A stretch of 64,000 bases of DNA, taken from the NCBI GenBank assembly GCA_965637545.1, contig OZ281495.1, positions 24,304,001-24,368,000 of the forward strand. The letters run 5' to 3'. The stretch comes from Phallusia mammillata. Lineage: Eukaryota. Position numbers and translations under genes: made by a program. Below, one piece after another: positions 11,801 to 21,400 of this stretch. How positions within the stretch are numbered: the stretch's first letter is position 1; every line of letters begins with the position of its first letter. The notes beneath the pieces are model-generated. The model was not told the DNA's origin. It saw only the letters and a program-made list of their open reading frames with translations, and ran no database searches.

Positions 11801-14345
11801 CCACCTGGTGCCTGGTCGCAATGGAGTGAATGTACAGAAAGCTGCGAAGGAGGTGTTCAAACCAGGACGAGACTTTGCGCCAACCAATTTGGCTGCAACG
11901 GAGCTCTACACAATACGCGCGCTTGCAACCAACGTCCCTGTGAAGGTCAGTGGAAACAAAGACTAGGACTTAAGCTATAATACAATAGCAATATATTTCA
12001 GTCCGATTAGGCATGTCCCAAAGATACTTCCGAATGGTACTACATATACTAGAGATAATAAAGTTAAGCTCGGTAATGTAATCTTGATTTGAACGAAGTA
12101 TTTTCCTTAAATACTCGTACATCTGTTCGTACTATAATTCTCACCTAAGAAAAGTTAATTTTGCATTGTTTTAGACTAACGCGGCTGTTTGTATGTTGTA
12201 TTATATAAAAAATAGGATAAAGTTTGGTTTTCTCTGCTTTAAATAGTTCTTCGTAAATCACAGGGTTTACCAACTGGAGCCCATGGTCTCAGTGCACAGA
12301 AATTTGCGGCGGTGGAGAGCATAGCAGAAGTCGTACTTGTCCCCCTGCCACCAACTGTCCACCAGATCAACACGGTACAAACACTGTACAGCTAGCAGTT
12401 TGCAACAGTCAAGTTTGCCCTGGGACATGGGCTTCGTGGACAGAATGGAGTGTTTGCAGTAAAACGTGTGGACCTGGCCAGCAAAAGCGAAGTCGACAAT
12501 GCAAAGGAGGTGTTGTGGGACAAGCCGGATGCACCGAACCGCCCGAAGAAACGCAAAACTGCCAAATTGAAGTTTGCCCTGGTTTCTGGGGGGACTGGGT
12601 TCCCGTCGGAAGTTGTTCGGCGTCCTGTGGGCCGGGTACGTCGTCCGAAAGAAGGACATGTATTGGCGGGGTGCCTGGAGGACCAGGGTGTCCCGGACTT
12701 GCCACCCGAGATGTCAATTGCAACTTGGGCGACTGTGTTGTGCAATGGTTGTCATGGAAACCATGGACTACTTGCTCCAAACAATGCGGTGGCGGCGACA
12801 GGACTCGCGTCAGGTAATTTTACGTTGTCCCTTATAATGTAGCTTGGAATGTTTCCATATTGACCTAGCTTTTTTAACGTAAACAGAACATGCGAACATG
12901 GGGCACCAGGCGATGTCGGGTGCGAGGGTTCTGCTGACGAAACCGAACGATGCAATGAGCAGAAGTGCGCGACAGGTACGGTTGCGAGCTTCAAGTCACC
13001 TATTTGTTTACAAAATGCGTTAACGCATATGGTTGTGTTCTTCAGGTCCCTGTGCCGGTACACGCGACTTGGTAGCATGTGGACATCTTGTGGGATATTG
13101 TACTGTGTTGATAGACTATATGCAAGCAAATTGCCAAGAGACATGCTGCAAAGCCAGATATAATATAGGTGAGATAATATAAATATACATTCAATACTGT
13201 GATGAGCCCTGGAGCGTTCATGTAGACTCCCAATTATGGCAAACTTATATGTGAATCATAGTACACCTAGTCATTTAATATACGAGACAGACAACGGTAC
13301 TTGTGATTTGACTTTCCGTAGGCTCGCCACCGAGCCTTTGGTAGAGCGCCAAAGCAGAGTTGCAAGTCGGGCCGAGCTTTTCGGGCCGGGTTCGGGCTTA
13401 GGTATTTGTGAGAAAACGGGCTTAAAACGGGCCTGACTTTACGTTCCGTGTCCGCCATTTTTTCAAATAAAATCACTCAGCTAAGTAACAAGTCTCTGGC
13501 GTTGACCTAATGCCCACCCTACTCTAAAACATATTGTTTACGCCATTGTCTACTATTGTTAATTGTGTTTGTTGTCTTTCTCTTTTTTCTTTCTCATACT
13601 TTGTTGCAAGACTTTCGTGGATAGACCTGTCAATTAAAATTTCGGGCCTAAACGGGCTTCTCAAAAACGTTTCGGGTTCGGGCCGGGCTTCGGGCTTATA
13701 CTTTCGGGTTCGGGCCGGGTTCGGACTCAGATTTTGGGCCCGCTTGCAACTCTGCGCCAAAGGCTTCTGTCATGGGTTCTAATTTAATGGTAGAGATACT
13801 AGGTCGTAAAGGGCACAGTTATTTAAATTACCAGAAAACTGGGGTAGGGTTACGAAACAACTAAGAAGTTTTTTTGATTGTTATATTATTATAAAACCTC
13901 ACCCCAACTCCAATAGCCATAACCTTCATCATTTTCACTCAATTTGCTTTCAAATATTCGCAAACGCTTTTAACGCATCAGTTCTATCAGAAATTAGCAA
14001 ACTTTGGGTGATCTTACCTTAGTAGATTTTCCTAATTCCACCGCAGGCTATATTTTTCTAACCTATGCCTTGACATGTGGAAATGCTTGGGACACTGTCA
14101 TCATTCGGTTGAACGCCTTCAATAGGCCTGTTGTACTATAATAATGTATATAGGAGTGACATACATTTCCTCACTAGTTTTGACATTACATAAGAATTTA
14201 CTTTGTGTTTGCAGGAGTCGGTCAGCCGCCGTGCCAGGATGACCCAGCACAAGCGGCGAACTGCTTCAACTTTGCCAGTTTTTGCCACACTGGTCAAATG
14301 CGGTGGATGGTCACGAGCTGTCGAAAAACATGCCGCTTTTGCTAG
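2858..14345 (+). CDS. Secreted modular trypsin-like serine protease 1: SP-ShKT-EGF-cbEGF-S1 protease-~15 TSP1-ShKT-~5 TSP1-2 ShKT (multi-exon)
   Basis: Phase-consistent GT-AG exons: 2858-2880 (MATILDK), 2951-3015 (signal peptide [13 protein letters not shown]), 3234-3359 (6-Cys ShKT), 3923-4202 (EGF, DINEC EGF), 4566-4651 (DR-IVGG...WPWQ), 5050-5135 (TAGHC), 5699-5869 (NDVAL), 6053-6212 (GKDACQ), 6453-6650 (GDSGG). Then ~20 WxxWxxC..TCGGG..R.R.C TSP1 repeats (7011-12975). Last exon 14215-14345 is an ShKT ending [11 protein letters not shown]. Confidence 0.9.
3716..3875. mobile_element. hAT-type MITE (family A)
   Basis: TIR CAACGGTGGGATTC / GAATTCCACCACTG; 8-bp TSD GATGTACA/GATATACA; reverse-complement homolog at 6736-6916. 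Confidence 0.8.
6736..6916. mobile_element. hAT-type MITE (family A)
   Basis: TIR CAGTGGTGGGATTCA / TGAAGCCCGCCATTG; TSD CCTTAAAC/CCTAAAAC. Confidence 0.8.
13201..14160 (+). mobile_element. Older, diverged copy of the tRNA-containing Penelope-like non-autonomous element, with an inverted 5' segment and two nested insertions
   Basis: 13201-13278 is the reverse complement of the 19431-19540 repeat. 13280-13354, 13763-13784 and 14032-14160 align forward to ~19590-19825. Confidence 0.8.
13355..13754. mobile_element. hAT-type MITE (family B, CGGGCC/CGGGTT-rich subtermini)
   Basis: TIR CAGAGTTGCAAG / CTTGCAACTCTG; perfect 8-bp TSD CGCCAAAG; inserted in the tRNA-like part of the host element. Confidence 0.9.
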
Positions 14346-17300
14346 CCCACACATTTACCTATATCGTCCACAATTGGCAACAATGTCTTTTACTATTTAC
14401 CTTGAGAATATGCGAAAAGTGTTGGCGGCCGCAGAAATTATGCGTTCCAGAATTGTAATTGTAAGTTACCGCAGTTGTAATGTTAAAACACTAGATCTAT
14501 GGTGCGCATTTGTTTATCAGTTTGTATCCATCCGATTAAAGTTGAGCCATCACTGGACGTTGAACAAAATATATTTATGTTTATTTGACATTGGTGCTTG
14601 CTAATACCTATGAGAGTCCTATAGTCAAGAAGGATTTTGAGAAAAGGCATTTTTAGGATTGAGATTATTTTGACAAAGTTTTTATTCAAATTTCCGAGAA
14701 TTAAAAAGTGCAACAAAAAAACGAAGTAAAAAAGGGGCAAAGTGATTGCAATAATTACATTAAAGAGCCGCAATCTTAAATTAGAGCTATTAGTCTTGCA
14801 CGTTTTGCAAAAAGGGTCATTGACGAAAATCTCATTAAACCTCAAAACTTTTCATTCAGAAATTAGGCTATATATTTTTTTCTTTTTTTCCATAAACGCA
14901 GGATCTGACATTTGTGTCAAGCGTTTCGACATTTTATCGTACTTGGGTCGCCTGGGAGCAACAGATTTTTGTTTCTCGTTGATATCATTTAGTAGATTGA
15001 CACAATACAACTTAAACTTCAGTAGACATAAAACAAAGTATTTTTTCATATTAGTTTTGTTCACGTTGTTTAACAGTACATAAAAGGTACATTTTGCCAC
15101 CAAAATCTTCTCCATAATTTTAATTCATATTAAATACAACCAACTACTGGCATATTAAGGCCGAATACCTGTTTAAGTCTACAGAATGTAAAGAATTGGC
15201 AAATAGGCCTACCAGACAGTCTGTGTGAGAAAAACTCTCGCTTCTATCTTGCCTGTTAATAATTCTGAAGCCTAAGCACGAACCGACCCACACTTGCAAC
15301 TCCGCACTAACGTAAGCGTGAGCAGCAAATGCAAAATGGTTTCCTGCCAAATTCAACTAATCTTGCCTGGTACAAGTTGTTTACAAATTTACAAACAAAC
15401 AATTAAGTCTTGAGCAAAGTAGATGACGAACTTCCCACATATACCAACAACGTGACATTGCTGATAGGCGGTTGAATATTTATTGATTGGCACCGTTTTC
15501 TGTTTCTCAATACTTAACTCGTTCGTAGGTTTTAGGGAGAAAAGAAAATATTATAGGGAAAGTACCGAAACGAGTGGGTATTTAGAAGTTGGGTGAAAGT
15601 ATCCTAGTGTTTTTATAAATTTCATTTACAATTTTATAAAGTTTGCGTTGAAACTTAAATGTGCAAACGATTTTGTAGTTCACAGTGTTCACATCCAAAT
15701 AAGCGCATAACATTTGTCAATAAATTTCCCTTTAAAATTGCAAGTGTAACAAAGACCATATATGTGGGTCAAGAATGACTCGTACTTTAATGGGTGTTGC
15801 GTCAAGTTTTGAAATGGAAAAAAAGAATCTGTTTTTCCGACAAATCATTTAAAGTATGACGAATACACATTAAAACAACAAAAAAACATTTTTATCTTCG
15901 GGTAAAGAACATCGGAAATGCTTCCCAAATACGGAAAGTCGTTATAGAGTAAAATCATGCTTTCTGTAAACCCACACAGCCCGGAAGCGTATAATATGTC
16001 ACTCACCCACATGTCCTCATCCGGCAAAATCATTTCACACCAATTACCGAGAACGATTCATGGTGAAGGCACACGGGATAGACTATAAAAAGATGGTGTG
16101 GGCAAGAAGCGAAACAACAAACAAGCGAAATCAATTTTGAACGCCGACCAGTCATCACTGAACCGCCTCGGGCAAGAAAATTGTGCGAGATTATCTTTAC
16201 ATTAAGGTAGCCAACGCGCCGACGAGTTGGTCACATCACAGTTAAAGTGAGGTGAGTGAGAGGCCAGATAGTGTGGTGAGTTCACAGTTTGGTTATTAGC
16301 ACGAAACCTGCAGTGAGTGGAGTATTACCGCATGATATTTGAAGTAATATCCGCTGGGCCGTTAACCGTGCATGTGGAAGGGGTTTGACGCATACGTGAA
16401 CACGCCACGAACGACCTCAACTTCCTGGGCAGATAGGTTATGACGCAACCAGCTAGAGAAAGTGGTTGGCAAATGGTGCTTTTTTATTGCTCTGAGCTGA
16501 ATTCAGTCTTTTGAAAAGCAACTTTAGAGAATGGACGTTATAGTTGCGGACATGCTTAATGTATGCACATTTTCTGGAAATACTAATGCTTTTGTCAACA
16601 ATTACTTAATCACGATCATAAATTGAGCCCCGAAACTCAAAACGCAACTGAATACTTAAAAACGCGTAATGACGTAGTTCAACTTGTCATGTAACACAAC
16701 GTGAAATGCATTGTTGATCATATAGAGACGGACTACTGACAGTGTTTTTAACTCTAAAAACAAATGGATCGCATTGAAAAACAATAAATTTCCAATGATT
16801 CATGAACCCCAATTATAAAATTATTGAATGAAAAAGCGAAAAACAACAAATACGGTTACGACTAAATTGCGAAAATCTTCGCGCCGGCATAAACTCTCGG
16901 ACGGAGCCTAAAGGGGTCGGATCGGATTGCCTTTGTGCGTCAAAATGCACAGGGTTCTGGGAAAAGTCTTCGGTGTGACGTCGTCGCATGATATTGCACA
17001 TAGTTGGAGCGTCCTTCAAAATAGTCTTGATCGTACCGCAGAAAAAAGAAGTAGCTGGTTTCAACGTAATGAGCCTCAAAACATCCTGAAATCAAACAGT
17101 TCGAGCAGAAGTTCTTGTCGTGACAGCGGGGCGATATTACGGACAGCACGCCAATTAATTCAAGGCTGTGTTTATTGACAAGACGCTTAGTGGCTATTAG
17201 GGTATGTCAGAGCGATTTTCAAATTTTCCAAGTTACAATTAAGAATTTTTCGTGATTTAACTCTGCGACGAAAGAGATTATAGGAGCCGGATGCGCAGAT

Positions 17301-18404
17301 TGTTGTGCTCACTCATAACCGACTTGCAATTACGAGACGAGCTTTGGGCAATTAAGCGACAACTACAGGGTTTTTCATCGCTCTCGTTACGTCATTTCGC
17401 GTGGGGTTGGGGATATGAAAGGCCGTTTTGCGTGGTTGTATTTAGGACATTACCGCGTATAAATTGCGGCGATCGTGGCACAATTACCAGTTCGTTGACC
17501 GTGGTGCGCTAAATTACAAATGACCAGATGTTCTATGCTCCAATGTAGTAGGATCGCCAAATCAGCCCTTCAAAGCATAACGTACTTGTCTGTGTCAGGA
17601 GGTTGTTGGAAGTCCGCAGATATCTCATTATAAAGGCGAAAACTTTCTGCAATGGGATTTGTTTAGAAGGAAAGATTTAACAATAGAATAAATCGCGACG
17701 CAAATTAGAGGTTTCACGTTGTATCTGACGCAAATTCACGTATAAAGTACAGGTGGTTTTCTGTGGTATATGTTTAGGTAAATAAGATTTTTTGGCCTGT
17801 GGCAATATTTTTCGGCAAGGTTACGTCCTTTAGTGAGGCATTGATGGAAGAAAAGTTTACAAACTTGATGACGCACGCATAGTTGGCTGTGCAATATCGC
17901 GTCGCAGGCAAATCACTCAGAATCTGTAGGAGGACGGATTGCCCAAGGCGCGGTAAAAACGACATGACGACAACGCGACAACGCGACACTAAGTTTGATG
18001 ACGTAGCGAATTTCGAATCGGATTTGAAAAGGGATTTTTCTGGCCCGTGTTGTAGCTAATTGTTCAACCGCGCCAAAATTAGATGTTTGCCGTCAATGTA
18101 ATTAAAAAATGTCTGGAAAATATCCAAAGTTCAAACGTTTTAAACGCAGCGAAATTCGCGGTGATTCAGTCAGCATGTAGCGACGGCAATAACGTGATGT
18201 CATAGCGGTTCCATTTGGGAAGATCGAAGGAGCTGCGTCACAAAGTTGCATTGCCCCGGGCGAGATTTGTCCATGGTCGCTTCGCGCTGCAAACTGTTGT
18301 TAATATCAGACCGTCTAAGCAGGATTTGTTGTATTTTCCAGTAGTAGATTACAGGCGTCTGCACTGACAGACAACAGAAAACATACACTGATTAGTTAGA
18401 GAAA

Positions 18405-21400
18405 ATGGCGAAGACAAGCCAGCAAATTGTATTGTAAGTATCCAGTTTTAGATTTTGTTTTGCCATGGTGATTCATACATTCAAGCTAAAGCTGCCAGAA
18501 ATTTTAGGGCGTGATAACAGAGATGTTGTTTTTTTGTTTAGATTTTCTATTCTGCTTTTGGGCTTCGTTTCCCAGCGTGCAAGCGGCCAATGTACGGGTG
18601 GTAAGTTTCATTTTTGAATTTTATTTGGCAACAGTTATCTGAACATTTATTAAATGTTAAGACAGTCGACTATTGTTCATCAATCGTACTTATCTTGTAA
18701 TTTTTACCTGCAGGCGGATTGGGATGTAAAGATTGCTATACGTGGTGCAAAGATTACAAACATCTTTGCGACCAATCAATTGTTGGAAAATATTGTTCTA
18801 AGACCTGCGGCACAGCCACCTCGTGTGGAATAGATGGTAAGTGATCAAATGTCATCTAATTAGTACGTTCAACAAAAACGAAAATTCACGAAGCTTAAAA
18901 GATTTTGGGATCTTGTGGGCATGCATCATGCATAAAGCAACAAAACAAAAGGGTTGTGTATGTTGTAGCACAAATGAGCATTTGAACTAAAGGCACCGGT
19001 TCTGCATATAGACTAAACTATGTTTTCAGCATGCGCAAACTGTGAACACAAATGTGTGGTCGACTCAGCTGCAAACACAGCCAAATGCGGTTGCTTTAAC
19101 GGCTATACTCTCGCAAGTGACGGTCATTCTTGCGAAGGTGAGTTACATGACAAATATTACCATTTTCAAAGTTGAAACGTCAAGTAAGCTCAAAGTTCGT
19201 TATGTTCAGATATCAATGAATGCTTGATACCCGACATCTGCAAAAATGTGGAAGGCCAACCAATCAAAAATTGCCTCAATACGAACGGCTCATACAACTG
19301 TCATGCCTGCTCAGGAAGCGATATGAGGGGTTTTTACAAACAGGAGGGTTGTTGTAAAATTACAGGAAGTAAGTGTGATTTCCGTAAATATTTTGCTGTT
19401 TCATATTTCATATGATATGAAGGCGCTATACTTCAATGGGCCTGGCGTACTGTGATTTACATATGAGTGTGCCGTGATCGCTGGTCTGCATAGACGCTTC
19501 AGGGCTGATCCCAGTTATGAATTTATGTTCATCTTAACTGATACTGGTCAATCTGGCGATCCCCTACTACGAAGCTGACATGTGCAGCATACGAGGCAGG
19601 CAACGGTGCTTGTGATTCGACTTTCGGCGGATTCTCCACTGGGCCTGTGTAGCTCAGTTGGTAGAGCGCGAGTCCCGGAAAGACTCCTGTCGTGGGTTCG
19701 AATCCCACCGCAGGCTAGATTTTTCTAGCCTACGCCTTGCCATATGGTGGTGAATGCTTGGTGACCGGCTGATTCGGTATAGCGCCTTCAATGGGCCTGG
19801 CGTACTGTGATTTACATATGAGTGTGCCGTGATCGCTGGTCTGCATAGACGCTTCAGGGCTGATCCCAGTTATGAATTTATGTTCATCTTAACTGGAATC
19901 CATTTATTTTTAATTGATCCTCCATTTGTTTGATTCCTACAACAAATTTTTGTTTGTTTTTTTAAATTTATCAAATGGAAGAAATGCAAAATGCCTGAAT
20001 TTTTTTTCTCCCTCAAATGGTTTTGTACAGAAAATCAACACTATTTAGAACTTGTTGGTTTCAGTTGCATCCCAATAGGTACAGTAAAAATACCTAAACA
20101 GCTATAATATTAGCATTCTAAATTCTAGACTTTGAAAGCTGCGGACAGAGTTCAACGACCGGCCGAATTGTAGGTGGAGAAAACACAGACATTGAAAAAT
20201 GGCCTTGGCAGGTAATGTTCTTACCTACTTTACTCTGTTCAAAATTGTTCTCTAACTTGAAATCGACAACTTGACCTACGTAAATAATTAAACATTGTTA
20301 TGAAGTACACGGTTTTGAATAATCTGAGCAAAAAAATCAGAGCCAATATATTGGTGTAGAACAGGGGTTCTTAACCAGGGGTACATGTACCCCTTGGGGG
20401 TACGAAGCACCAAAGTAGGGGGTACGACAGTCAGTGTGAAATTATGCATTATTTAGGCATATTTGTGAAGAATGCGTAACAAGTTACTTTGTTATGTGTA
20501 GTTGATTTCTGTAAATTTTGTTGAACTTACAAGACTATTTTAATGCATGCATTCAACACGTAAGTTATAAATACACTGAGTTTAATTCCCATTATTGTTT
20601 ACTTCCGTTGGCCATTGTAGACAGGGGGTACGAGAAAATGTCATGAAAGCTCAAGGGGTACAAGCGCTAAAAAGGTTAAGAAACACTGGTGTAGAACATA
20701 ACGACGTTTCGACAAGTGCTATATTGTCATCATCAGGTTATAAGAAAGTTTTATAACTTGTTGATGTCTTATAACCTGATGATGACAATAGCACTTATCG
20801 AAACGTCGTTATGTTCTAAACAAATATACTGGCTCTGATTTTTTTTGCTTACATTGGTATTATAATACCTATATTATAAATGCTTATAAGGTCGAACGTT
20901 TTCAGAAATACATTGTCAGCAACAGCCGTTTTGTGTGCGATTTTTATCAGGGTTTTATGTTTAGGTATACGTTGTGATCAGAAGCCAAGTTTGCGGTGGA
21001 AGCATCATCAACAAAGATTGGATCGTAACTGCCGGTCATTGTGTCGTGTGAGTAAACATTGTTGTGTTGTTGGCCATTTCTGCCAAGTCCATGATTGTAA
21101 GCAATCTTAAATTAAGGAAATCTTATTAAATAACACTACACGTTTCTGGCTTGGAAGGGACCTTGTTTTTGGTGCGAAGTAGTTGAAATTTGTGATGAGT
21201 ATCAGTCATGTTATTCGTTTTTAAAGAGCGCTATGCTATATTTGTATTCAACTTGATAGTCAAATTAAATAATAAAAGGCCCATTTTCGATTTTTAGCGA
21301 CATCGGACAGCAAGATTATCACCTACTGACTGTCGTCGCAGGAGTTACCGAAACTGTCAATCAAACCAGCGTTCACCACCAAACCTGCGATGTTGCTGAG

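Larger units (their letters stand above)
20327..20849. mobile_element. Palindromic (inverted) Penelope-like pLTR remnant bearing hammerhead motifs, interrupted by a hAT MITE
   Basis: After removing 20362-20688 plus one TSD, 20327-20745 is a near-perfect reverse complement of 20767-20849. Confidence 0.75.

Noticed and set aside
12267-12842. Several overlapping ORFs on both strands
   Set aside because: Alternative frames of a GC-rich TSP1 exon of gene 1.
19470-19510. Minus-strand CTGAAGC-GTCT-ATGC-AGAC as a hammerhead
   Set aside because: A9 is missing, CAGC replaces GAAA, and it is not conserved in the 31.2-kb copy.
19431-19895. Classical LTR retrotransposon/TRIM or CRISPR interpretation of the direct repeats
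   Set aside because: No TG..CA ends, PBS/PPT or TSD seen; only two long repeats in a eukaryotic intron.
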